Source of the DNA: Alphaproteobacteria bacterium
GTDB taxonomy: Bacteria > Pseudomonadota > Alphaproteobacteria > MPNO01
NCBI GenBank assembly: GCA_965248835.1
Contig: CBDFLJ010000002.1
Span: forward strand, 1,632,001 to 1,696,000
Direction: 5' to 3'
Length of the DNA: 64,000 nucleotides
Part shown: in pieces, positions 1 through 9,102 of the stretch
Layout: each line of letters starts with the position of its first letter
Position numbering within the stretch: the stretch's first letter is position 1
The notes under the pieces: model-generated
Seen by the model: the letters and a program-made list of their open reading frames with translations, nothing else
Database searches by the model: none
What the model was told of the DNA's origin: nothing
Position numbers and translations under genes: made by a program

Positions 1-193
1 ACGGGAGTGCTTTGGGTCGATCCGGCGCGAGGGATACGGCGCGGTCATCGGCGGAATTCATCGGCGTTCCAGGCTGATCGGTGCAGGCGACAGCACGCGG
101 CCTGCCGCGGCCGGCGGATCGCCGGATAAGTGACATGACGCAGGCGCTGGCGAGGCCGGCCCGGTAAGTCGCAGAAGACAGGGTTGCGAGGAC

Positions 194-1144
194 ATGGCAC
201 AGGGCAAGGTTTCGGGGATGGCAGCCAACGGCACGGTGCGCTCGACATCGCCGGGCACGGCCACGATCTGGCTGGCGGCGGCCGGGGTCGGTGCGCTTGG
301 CTTCCTGGCGTTCTCGGAATTGTACGCCTGGATCGTCCCGGTCGTGCTTGCGCTGATCGGTTGGGCCGCGGCCGCTTTGGTGTCGGCCGGCAAGCACAGG
401 GCCGCGCTCGCGCTGGCGTGCGTATTCGTCGTCGCCGTCCTCTTCCCGATGATCGGCGCGCTGGCCTTCAGCTTCGGGCCGTTCCTGAATTCGATTCAAT
501 CGGGCGAGGCCACCTTTGTGTCGTTCATCGAGACGGCCTTCGACCTGCTCGTCGCCGGCGCGGTGGCGGTCTTCTGCGCGGTCATGGCGTTGCGGTCCTT
601 CCCCAGCGATATCGTGGAGAAGTATTTCAGCTACGGCATCGTCAGCACGCCGCGCTTCATCATCGGCTCGCTGATCCTGGCCGGCATCGCGATCAATTTC
701 GCCAACGTCCTGGGCCGCTACCTGTTCCTCGCGCCGATCATCTGGGCCGAGGAAATCATGATCTACATCATGGTCTGGATGGTCTTCGTCGGCTCCGTGC
801 TGGTGACCTGGGACGGACACCACCTGAAGATGGATTTCTTTTCAATCATGCTGCCCTCGCCGGCAAAGGAGATCATGAACTTCGTCGGCGTGGTGGCGTT
901 CATCGCCGCCTGCCTGTTCGTCCTGCCGCAGACCCACACGGTGACCAACCTGATGAACGACCTCGACCAGCGCAGCGTCGTTGCGGAGATCCCGATGGTG
1001 GTCCCGCATTTCGCGCTGCTGCTCGGCTTCTCGATCATCTTCGTCGCGGTAGTCTACCGGTTCCGCCGAATGGTAACCGGCGACCTGACGAGCGAGGTCG
1101 ACGCACTGGTCGCCGCCACCGAGGCGGAGGACGTCAAGGGCTGA
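194..1144 (+). CDS. TRAP transporter small permease (DctQ-like) with a long hydrophobic N-terminal extension
   Basis: C-terminal ~165 aa show the DctQ pattern (ANVLGRYLF..WAEE..VWMVFVG..HLKMD). N-terminal ~150 aa add about 4 hydrophobic helices. GAGG RBS upstream; followed by dctM. Confidence 0.85.
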   Translation: MAQGKVSGMAANGTVRSTSPGTATIWLAAAGVGALGFLAFSELYAWIVPVVLALIGWAAAALVSAGKHRAALALACVFVVAVLFPMIGALAFSFGPFLNSIQSGEATFVSFIETAFDLLVAGAVAVFCAVMALRSFPSDIVEKYFSYGIVSTPRFIIGSLILAGIAINFANVLGRYLFLAPIIWAEEIMIYIMVWMVFVGSVLVTWDGHHLKMDFFSIMLPSPAKEIMNFVGVVAFIAACLFVLPQTHTVTNLMNDLDQRSVVAEIPMVVPHFALLLGFSIIFVAVVYRFRRMVTGDLTSEVDALVAATEAEDVKG

Positions 1145-1218
1145 GCACCGGCAGGCCGGCGGTGCCGCCGGATCGAACAACCAAAGATGTGCGCACACAG
1201 GTTTCGGGGAGATAGTCG

Positions 1219-2493
1219 ATGGAGTGGGTGATGGCCTTCTTGCCGGTGGGTCTTCTGATCCTCGGCTTCCCGATCTTCATCATCCTGCTCATTACTTCGG
1301 CGGTGATCCTGCTGTTCTTCATGGAGGTGCCTCTGACCGCAGTCCATCAGGTCATGTTCGGCAGCGTCGACAAATTCGCGCTGATGGCAGTGCCGTTCTT
1401 CATCTTCGCCGGCGAGCTGATGGGTAGGGGCGGTATCTCCCAGCGCATCATCGACTGGGTTCTGTCCGTGATTGGCGGTATGCGGGGAAGCCTGCCGCTG
1501 ACCACGGTCGGCACCTGCACCATCTTCGGCGCGATCTCGGGCTCCAGCCCGGCGACGGTGGCGGCCGTCGGCCGGCTGATGTACCCGCCGCTGCGCGAGA
1601 AGGGCTATAATGAAAGGTTCGCGACCGGCGTGCTGACATCCTCGGGCGCGATCGCTATCGTCATCCCGCCCTCGATCAGCATGATCCTCTACGGCGCCTC
1701 CGCCGAGCAATCGGTGTCGTTGCTGTTCATCGCCGGCGTCTTCCCCGGCCTTTTGATGTCGCTCCTGATGGGCGCCTATATCTACTGGTACGCCGCGCGC
1801 CGCGACATCCGCGAGGGCCAGCCGTTCCGGTGGGGGCCTTTCCTGCGTGCCAGCAAGGCAGGCGTGTGGGCGCTGGGCACCCCGGTGATCATCCTGGGCG
1901 GTATCTACGCCGGCATCTTTTCGCCCACCGAGGCCGCGGGCATCGCCTGCGTCTATGCCATCCTGGTCACCAAGTTCATCTACGGCGACATAAGCTGGAA
2001 GGGGCTGTGGGACGTCTCGGTCAGCTCGATGTACCTGACCGCCCAGGTGCTGATCATCGTCGCCGGCGCGGGCGTGTTCTCCTGGCTGCTGACGGTCAGC
2101 GGCATTCCGCAGTCCGCGGTCGCTGCGATCAACGAGCTCGAGGTCCCGCCCTGGGTGATCCTGTTGATCATCAACTTCTTCCTGCTGATCGTCGGCTGCC
2201 TGCTGGATCCGGGCTCTGCGATCCTGGTCCTCACGCCGCTGCTCGCGCCGATCGCGGCGGCCATCGGCGTCGATCTGATCCATTTCGGCGTGATCATGAC
2301 GGTGAACCTCGCGATCGGTATGTTCACCCCGCCCTTCGGGCTGAACATCTTCGTCGCCCAGGCGCTGTTCAAGGCGCCCCTGAAGAGCATCTATCCGGGG
2401 CTGATACCGTTCATCTTCATCAACATCATCGCGCTGATGATTATCACCTACGTGCCCGAGCTGTCGCTCTACCTCACCCAGTTCGCCGGCTGA
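1219..2493 (+). CDS. TRAP transporter large permease (DctM)
   Basis: AVPFFIFAGELM, FGAISGSS, IVIPPSI, GIFSPTEA and GMFTPPFG motifs. Confidence 0.95.
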   Translation: MEWVMAFLPVGLLILGFPIFIILLITSAVILLFFMEVPLTAVHQVMFGSVDKFALMAVPFFIFAGELMGRGGISQRIIDWVLSVIGGMRGSLPLTTVGTCTIFGAISGSSPATVAAVGRLMYPPLREKGYNERFATGVLTSSGAIAIVIPPSISMILYGASAEQSVSLLFIAGVFPGLLMSLLMGAYIYWYAARRDIREGQPFRWGPFLRASKAGVWALGTPVIILGGIYAGIFSPTEAAGIACVYAILVTKFIYGDISWKGLWDVSVSSMYLTAQVLIIVAGAGVFSWLLTVSGIPQSAVAAINELEVPPWVILLIINFFLLIVGCLLDPGSAILVLTPLLAPIAAAIGVDLIHFGVIMTVNLAIGMFTPPFGLNIFVAQALFKAPLKSIYPGLIPFIFINIIALMIITYVPELSLYLTQFAG

Positions 2494-2619
2494 TCATGGC
2501 GGAGGCGGTGCCCCATACGGGGCGCCGCCGCGCTTGACCTCGAGCGCCCCGGCTGCCTTTGATCTTTGCATGGGCGGTGCGGCCGCGCGTGCGGTCAGGA
2601 TGCGAGCAGGAAGGGGACG

Positions 2620-3600
2620 ATGAGCGACGAGACGATGGCGGTCACGATTCACGCGCCCGGCGGGCCGGACGCGCTGGTCTACGAACCCGTGCCCCTGGCC
2701 GAGCCGGGCGAAGGCCAGGTGCTGCTGCACCACGCGCGGATCGGGCTCAACTATATCGACGTTGCTTTCCGCCGCACCGGCGGGCCGATCAAGTCCTTCC
2801 CGGCGGTGCTCGGGATGGAGGCCGCCGGCACGATCGAGGCGGTGGGCCCGGGCGTGACCGGCTTCGCGCCGGGCGATCGGGTCTCCCACTGCATGGTGCT
2901 GGGCGCCTATGCCGAGCGCCAGGTGATCGATGCGAACCGCCTGATCGCCCTGCCGCCGGAGATCTCCGAGGAAACCGCGGCCGCAGCAACCCTCCAGGGC
3001 CTGACCGCTCAGTACCTGCTGCGCAGCTCGTATGCCGTCCAGCCCGGCGACACGGTCCTGATCCAGGCGGCGGCGGGCGGCATGGGCCTGCTGCTGTGCC
3101 AATGGGCGAAGCACCTGGGCGCCACGGTCATCGGCACCGTGAGCAGCCCGGAGAAGGCCGCGCTCGCCGCCGGCCATGGCTGCGATCACGCGATCGACTA
3201 CACCAGACAGGACTTCCCGGCCCGGGTGATGGAGATCACCGCCGGGGCAGGCGTATCGGCGGTCTACGACGCCGTCGGCAAGACGACCTTCGACGGCGGT
3301 CTCGCCTGCCTTGCCGAGCGCGGCCACATGGTCTCCTACGGCAACGCCTCGGGCCCGGTCGCCCCGCTCGACATCGCCACCCTGTCGCCGAAGTCGCTGA
3401 CCATCACCAGAGGCTCGCTCGGCAGCTACGTCAGGGACCCGGCCGATCGCGCGGCGCGCGCCGCGGAGCTCTGGGCCCTCATCGCCGACGGCACCCTGAA
3501 GGTCGCGATCAACCAGCGCTACCCTCTGGCCGAGGCCGCAAGGGCCCACGCCGACCTCGAGACCCGCAAGACGACGGGATCGACGGTGCTGACGCCATAG
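2620..3600 (+). CDS. qor: NADPH:quinone oxidoreductase (zeta-crystallin/Qor, MDR family)
   Basis: IGLNYID, LGMEAAG, LQGLTAQYL, AAAGGMG, YDAVGK, YGNASG and RKTTGS motifs. Start moved to ATG 2620 after AAGGGG. Confidence 0.85.
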   Translation: MSDETMAVTIHAPGGPDALVYEPVPLAEPGEGQVLLHHARIGLNYIDVAFRRTGGPIKSFPAVLGMEAAGTIEAVGPGVTGFAPGDRVSHCMVLGAYAERQVIDANRLIALPPEISEETAAAATLQGLTAQYLLRSSYAVQPGDTVLIQAAAGGMGLLLCQWAKHLGATVIGTVSSPEKAALAAGHGCDHAIDYTRQDFPARVMEITAGAGVSAVYDAVGKTTFDGGLACLAERGHMVSYGNASGPVAPLDIATLSPKSLTITRGSLGSYVRDPADRAARAAELWALIADGTLKVAINQRYPLAEAARAHADLETRKTTGSTVLTP

Positions 3601-3633
3601 GGACGGGCTCGGCGGTCCGCAAGGGAGACCATC

Positions 3634-4575
3634 ATGATCATCGACAGCCATTCCCATGTCTGGAGCTATCCGGTGCTCGAGGAGCACGCGGACAAGATCG
3701 TCTCGACCGAGGACCTGATGGCGTTCCGCAGCCGCTATCCGGACCTCTACGACCGCACGCTGCACGAGAGCCCGGTCGACAATTCGGACACGCTGGTCGC
3801 CCAGATGGACGAGCACGGCATCGCCAAGACGATCGTCCAGGCGCGGCCGGGTGCGGTGACCAACGACCAGGTCGCGGCATCGGTTCGCCGCCACCCGGAC
3901 CGGCTCTACGGGCTGTTCCGCATCGGCCACGACCAGGAAGCCGCGCACGATTATGTCGATGACCCGAGACCGGTGCGCGAGGCAGCGCCCGATCACATCG
4001 ACTACTGCGTCGAGGAGCTTGGCATGATCGGCATGGGCGAGATGTTCGTTCGCGCCTTTACCCGCGCGCTCGACCCCGAACTGATCGCCAAGGACCTTGC
4101 GCCGATCATGAACGCCCTGGCCAAGCACGGGATTCCGATCCAGATCCCGACCGCCTGGAGCCAATTTCCCGGCGGTCTGATCTACGGCGATCCGATCTGG
4201 ACCGACGAGATCGCCTGCCGCTGGCCCGACACGCCGGTGATCCTCACCAAGATGGGCCGCTCGGTGCAGACCTATTTCGACCACGCGATGGTCGTGGCCA
4301 TGCGCAACCAGAACGTCTTGTTCGATGTCGTCGGAACCCGGCCGGACCATTTGCGCCACGCGATCGATGCGATCGGCTCAAAACGCATCCTGTTCGGCAC
4401 CGACTGGTCGGCGACCTGGCGCTGGATCAGAAAGCCCACCGACCTCTACACCTTGCGCCTGAACGTCCTGGAAGAGGCCAACCTCGCCGAAGAGGAGCGC
4501 CAGGACATCCTGTGGCGCAACGCGGTGCGCGTCTTCGCCCTGAAGGATATCGGCCAGGCTGAGGCCGCTGCCTGA
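3634..4575 (+). CDS. Amidohydrolase family 2 (TIM-barrel metallo-hydrolase/decarboxylase)
   Basis: N-terminal IIDSHSH and C-terminal ILFGTDW...ILWRNA.RVF. AAGGGAG RBS. Confidence 0.85.
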   Translation: MIIDSHSHVWSYPVLEEHADKIVSTEDLMAFRSRYPDLYDRTLHESPVDNSDTLVAQMDEHGIAKTIVQARPGAVTNDQVAASVRRHPDRLYGLFRIGHDQEAAHDYVDDPRPVREAAPDHIDYCVEELGMIGMGEMFVRAFTRALDPELIAKDLAPIMNALAKHGIPIQIPTAWSQFPGGLIYGDPIWTDEIACRWPDTPVILTKMGRSVQTYFDHAMVVAMRNQNVLFDVVGTRPDHLRHAIDAIGSKRILFGTDWSATWRWIRKPTDLYTLRLNVLEEANLAEEERQDILWRNAVRVFALKDIGQAEAAA

Positions 4576-4622
4576 ACCATGTTCCGATCCGATCGTGTCG
4601 GTTCGGCCGGATCGGGCAGCCG

Positions 4623-6332
4623 CTACCGCGTGTGCCGCGCGGCGTGCTTGGCGGCGCGGTAACCGAAGACCATCGCCGGGCCGAGTGTCGTGCCGGGACC
4701 GGGGTAGGTGCCGGCCATGATCGAGTCCATATCGTTGCCGCAGGCATAGAGGCCTTCGATCGGGGCGTCGTCGGCATCGAGGACCTGAGCATCGGCGTTG
4801 GTCGAAAGCCCGGTGCTGCAGCCGAGCTCGGCCGGCCAGATCTCGAGCGCGGCAAACGGCGCGGACGCGATCGGGCCGAGGCAGGGATTCGGGCGGTGCT
4901 CCGGGTCGCCGTTGAAGCGGTTGAGCTCGGTATCGCCCTTGCCGAAATCCGGATCGCTGCCCTGTTCGGCGAACCGGTTGTGGCGCGCGACCGTCTCGGC
5001 AAGCGTCCCCGGAGCGATGCCGAGATCGGTGGCCAGCGCCTCGATCGTCGCGGCGGTGCGGATATAGCCCTTGCGCACGAAGGGGGCGAGGTCGGTCGTG
5101 CCCGGATGGATGTCGCCGAGCCCGTACTTGCGGACGAACCGCGCATCACAGATCAGGTGGCAGGGGATGGTCGGCGACAGCGCGTTGGCGCGGAACATCG
5201 CCTCGACGAAGTCGTGGTAGGAGACCGCCTCGTTGACGAAGCGGCGGCCTTCGGCGTTGACCGCAACGAGGCCGGGCTTGGCGCGGTCGAGGACGATGTG
5301 CGGGTAGAGCCCTTCGGTCCCGTCCCTGCGCCTGGTGCGCGAGACCGGGGTCCACAGCCCTCCCTGGCGGTTCGGCCCCTCGCCCAGCTTCGCGCCCATC
5401 CGCGCGCCGATCCTGAGACCGTCGCCGGTGTTCTCGGCGACCGCCATCGAATCGGCCGGCATCGGATCGGGCATGAAGGTCCGGCGCATCGCCTCGTTGT
5501 GAGCGAAGCCGCCGGTCGCCAGCACGACGCCGCGGCGGGCGCGCACGCGTATCGGGCCGTTGCCGGTTTGGAGCACGGCACCGGCGACGCCGTCGCCGCC
5601 ATTGATCAGATCCTCCAGCGCGGCGCCGAACAGGACCGCCACGCCGTTCTGCTTGAGGCTGTAGTAGAGCCGGCCGATCAGCGCGTTTCCCATCACCAGT
5701 CTTGTGCCGCGCTTGTAGCGCAGCCGGTCGGCGAGATAGCGCAGAACAAGCCCGGCCGAATGCAGGAAGTTGCCGGGGCTCTTGAACCGACCGAGCAGAC
5801 GGGCGATGTCGGTCTTGCCGGCCATCATGCCGCCGAGCAGCATGAACTCTTCGATTGGCGGGCGAACGCGGTCGAAATCGCGCCCGAGCAGGCGGCCGTC
5901 GAACACCTCGGGGATGATCGCCCTGCCGGCGCTCGCCGCACCGGGCAGGTTGTTGCGGTAGTCGGGGTGGGGGCCGCAGGCGACAAATGCCAGCTCGGTC
6001 CGCGCGACCAGGTCGTCGATCACCCTGGGGCCGTCGGCGAGAAAGGCGGCGCGCCGATCATCCGCCCCGCCGTCGCCGATCAACGCATCGAGATAGGACG
6101 CCGCATCCTCGGCGCTGTCGGGGTAGCCGGCCTCCCGGCTCTGGCTGTTGGCCGGGATCCACAGCGTGCCGGCCGAGGTCGCCCCGGTGCCGCCGACCTG
6201 CTGGGACTTCTCGCAGATCAAGACGTCCAACCCTTCGAGCGCGGCCACCAGCGCCGCCGTCATCCCGCCCGGCCCGGCGCCCGCAACCAGCAGGTCGACC
6301 TCGCGGTCCCATGCTCGAGTGTCCGTTGTCAT
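4623..6332 (-). CDS. FAD-dependent oxidoreductase (3-ketosteroid delta1-dehydrogenase/fumarate-reductase flavoprotein-like)
   Basis: DLLVAGAGPGG, GGTGATSAG, LATGGF, GRRFVNE, GLYACGND and YPGPGTTLGPA motifs. Confidence 0.88.
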   Translation of the reverse strand: MTTDTRAWDREVDLLVAGAGPGGMTAALVAALEGLDVLICEKSQQVGGTGATSAGTLWIPANSQSREAGYPDSAEDAASYLDALIGDGGADDRRAAFLADGPRVIDDLVARTELAFVACGPHPDYRNNLPGAASAGRAIIPEVFDGRLLGRDFDRVRPPIEEFMLLGGMMAGKTDIARLLGRFKSPGNFLHSAGLVLRYLADRLRYKRGTRLVMGNALIGRLYYSLKQNGVAVLFGAALEDLINGGDGVAGAVLQTGNGPIRVRARRGVVLATGGFAHNEAMRRTFMPDPMPADSMAVAENTGDGLRIGARMGAKLGEGPNRQGGLWTPVSRTRRRDGTEGLYPHIVLDRAKPGLVAVNAEGRRFVNEAVSYHDFVEAMFRANALSPTIPCHLICDARFVRKYGLGDIHPGTTDLAPFVRKGYIRTAATIEALATDLGIAPGTLAETVARHNRFAEQGSDPDFGKGDTELNRFNGDPEHRPNPCLGPIASAPFAALEIWPAELGCSTGLSTNADAQVLDADDAPIEGLYACGNDMDSIMAGTYPGPGTTLGPAMVFGYRAAKHAARHTR

Positions 6333-6338
6333 CGCCGC

Positions 6339-7346
6339 TCAGCCGATCTTGGGCACGACGTCTTCAGCGAAGACCTGCATCTGGTCGAACAGCTCGGTTA
6401 GGTCGTTTGCCGCGAAATAGAGCCCGAGCAGGTGGGTCACGCCGGCCTCGCGGAACTGGTTGGCGCGCGCGATCACATCCTCGACCGTGCCGATCAGGTT
6501 GATGTCCTCATGGCCCAGCGCGCCCTGCTCCTTCAGCGTCGATTTGCGCAGCGAGGTCAGATGGGCGCACATCTGGGTCTTCTCGAAGCGCGCCAGCGCC
6601 GCTGCGCGCGTCTTGCCGAGATGGACGATGTATTGCGGGGCGACTTCGATGGTCGCGGGGTCGCGGCCCGCCTCTTCGGCCAGGCGGTGGAGGGTCTTGA
6701 CGTCCTCCCGCAACCGGTCGAGCGGGACCGCGGCCGGCAGCCAGCCGTCGGCCGAAGCCACCGTGCGGCGCAGATTGTTGGCGTTGTTGCCGCCGACATA
6801 GAGCGGCACGTGGTCCTGCAGCGGCTTGGGGTAGAGCTCGACATCCTCGAAGGCGTAGTAAGCACCCTGATACGAGGCCACGCGCTCGGCGAACAGCTTG
6901 CTCAGCGCCTCGACCCCCTCCTCGAGGATCCTGCCGCGCGGCAGCTTCTGGCCCGGCTGCAGGGCTTCGAACTCCTCCCGGTAGGCGCCGATGCCGACGC
7001 CGATCTCCAGCCTGCCGCCGGAGAAGTGATCGAGCGTGGCGAGCTGCTTGGCCGTCACCACGATGTCGCGGCGCATCGGCAGGACCAGGATCCCGGTGCC
7101 GAAGCGCAAGCTGGTGGTCTCAGCGGCCACGAACGAATAGGTGATCAGGGGCTCCCAGAACCGCGGCGGGGTCGGAAACTCCGAGCGGACGTAGTTCTGG
7201 GTGGTCATGTGGTCGTTGCCCCAGACCGAGTGGTAGCCCAGCGCCTCGGCATGCCTGGCGATGCCGATCACCGCCTCGGGGTCGCTGAACGGGATCGGAT
7301 AGGTCAGACCTTCCATCCCCGTGGGCAGGCCGACACTGACGCGCAT
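6339..7346 (-). CDS. Luciferase-like (LLM) flavin/F420-dependent oxidoreductase
   Basis: SVWGNDH, ATLDHFSGGRL.IGVGIG, YPKPLQ, YVGGN and ADGWLP motifs. Start moved to ATG 7346 after AAGGGAG. Confidence 0.88.
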   Translation of the reverse strand: MRVSVGLPTGMEGLTYPIPFSDPEAVIGIARHAEALGYHSVWGNDHMTTQNYVRSEFPTPPRFWEPLITYSFVAAETTSLRFGTGILVLPMRRDIVVTAKQLATLDHFSGGRLEIGVGIGAYREEFEALQPGQKLPRGRILEEGVEALSKLFAERVASYQGAYYAFEDVELYPKPLQDHVPLYVGGNNANNLRRTVASADGWLPAAVPLDRLREDVKTLHRLAEEAGRDPATIEVAPQYIVHLGKTRAAALARFEKTQMCAHLTSLRKSTLKEQGALGHEDINLIGTVEDVIARANQFREAGVTHLLGLYFAANDLTELFDQMQVFAEDVVPKIG

Positions 7347-7377
7347 TATCGATGTCTCCCTTGTTTGTTGCCGTGGC

Positions 7378-9102
7378 TCAGGCGCGGAGCCGCCCCGTCC
7401 CGTCCTGGTCGAGGGCGCCGTCCGGGCCCAGCGCAACACCGTAGATCGTACGCGCGGCTTCCGGCGAGACCAGCCCGGCCCGGCAGTCCTCGGCGACAGC
7501 GGCCGCATCGCGCGTCTTGGGATTGCCGAGCCCGCCGCCGCCCGGCATCTCGATCACCACGCGCTCGCCCCTGGGAACGGTCTGCGTGCCTTTGCCCGCC
7601 AGCGCCGTGCCCGAGCCCAGCGTGAGCCTGCCGGCAGCCCCGTCTCCGCCGCCGTCGCGGCCGCGCGGCGGGTGGTCGATCCGGTCGAACAAAGCCGAGA
7701 AAGCGAACGGCGCGTCTTCCAGGATGCCGAGCTCCATCACCTGGCCGAGCCCGCCGCGGTTGCGCCCGGCACCGCCCGAGTCGGTGCGGTACTCCTTGCG
7801 CCAGAACACCACCGGGGAGATCGACTCGGTGACCTCGACCGGTACGCTGCGCACCCCGCTTGGAAAGCCGGTGGCCGACAGCCCGTCCTTGCCGGGCCGG
7901 GCACCGGTGCCGCCGGAATGGAAGCTCAGGACGGTGAACGGCTGGGCCTCGGCGACCTCGGCCGGATCGGTATCGACCCGCCCCGGTCCGCCGAAGGCAT
8001 AGACGTTCCACAGGCACGACGTCCCTTCGGCCGGCACAGCGCCGGGCAGCGCCTGGGCGAAGCAGCCGATCATCACGTCGGGCAGCATCTGCCCGGTGAC
8101 GTGGCGCACCGCGACCGGCGCCGGGTGGACCGCGTTGAGGATCGTATTCTCCGGGGCGCTGATCCGGATCGGGGCGAGCGAGCCGGCGTTGTTGGGCACC
8201 GACGGCGCGACGATGCAGCGCACGCCGAAGGTCGCGTAGGCCTCGGTATAGCAATAGGGCACGTTGATGCCGTAGGACGAGATCCCCGAGGTGCCGGTGA
8301 AATCGACATCGATCCCGTCCGGACCCACGGTCATGGCCGCAACCAGATCGATCGGCTTCTCCAGCCCGTCGACGCGCATCGAATAGCGATAGGTGCCGGG
8401 CTTGAGCCTGCCGATCGCTTCCAAGGTCGCAGCCTCGGAGCGGTCGAGGATATGGGCGGCCACGGTCTCCAGATCTTCGATCGCGAATTCGTCCATCATT
8501 TCGACCAGTCGGCGGCAGCCGACATCGTTGCAGGTCGCCAGCGAATGGAGGTCGCCAACCACCTGGACCGGCTCGCGCACGTTGGCGCCGACGATGTCGA
8601 TGAGCGTCCGGTCGATCTCGCCGGCGGTGGCGAACCGCATCGGCGGGATGTAGAGCCCTTCCTCGTAGACTTGGCGGGCGTCGGAGGACATGCCGCGCCC
8701 GCCGATGTCGACGACGTGGCTGGTGCTGGCGAACAGCGCGACCAGCCGGCCGTGGCGGAAGGCGGGCGTCACGAAGGTGAAGTCGTGCAGATGGCCGGTC
8801 CCCATCCAGGGATCGTTGGTCAGAAACACGTCGGCCTCGCGCATCTCGGAGGCCGGGAAGCGGTCCAGGAAATGCCCGACCGAGCGCGCCATCGAGTTGA
8901 CGTGTCCGGGCGTTCCGGTGACCGCCTGCGCCAGCATCCGCCCCTCGGCGTCGAACACCCCGGCCGACAGGTCGCCAGCCTCGCGTGTAGAGGTCGAGAA
9001 CCCGGTGCGGATCAGCGCCTGGGCCTGCTCCTCGACGACCGCGATCAGACGGTCCCACATGAGCTGCAGGCGGATCGGTGAAAGCGTGTTGGCGCGGTTC
9101 AT
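7378..9102 (-). CDS. Hydantoinase B/oxoprolinase family protein
   Basis: REAGDLS, TNDPWMGTGHLHD, SHVVDIGG, EEGL.IPP, DSGGAG..RGGLG and PGGGGLG motifs. Confidence 0.92.
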   Translation of the reverse strand: MNRANTLSPIRLQLMWDRLIAVVEEQAQALIRTGFSTSTREAGDLSAGVFDAEGRMLAQAVTGTPGHVNSMARSVGHFLDRFPASEMREADVFLTNDPWMGTGHLHDFTFVTPAFRHGRLVALFASTSHVVDIGGRGMSSDARQVYEEGLYIPPMRFATAGEIDRTLIDIVGANVREPVQVVGDLHSLATCNDVGCRRLVEMMDEFAIEDLETVAAHILDRSEAATLEAIGRLKPGTYRYSMRVDGLEKPIDLVAAMTVGPDGIDVDFTGTSGISSYGINVPYCYTEAYATFGVRCIVAPSVPNNAGSLAPIRISAPENTILNAVHPAPVAVRHVTGQMLPDVMIGCFAQALPGAVPAEGTSCLWNVYAFGGPGRVDTDPAEVAEAQPFTVLSFHSGGTGARPGKDGLSATGFPSGVRSVPVEVTESISPVVFWRKEYRTDSGGAGRNRGGLGQVMELGILEDAPFAFSALFDRIDHPPRGRDGGGDGAAGRLTLGSGTALAGKGTQTVPRGERVVIEMPGGGGLGNPKTRDAAAVAEDCRAGLVSPEAARTIYGVALGPDGALDQDGTGRLRA

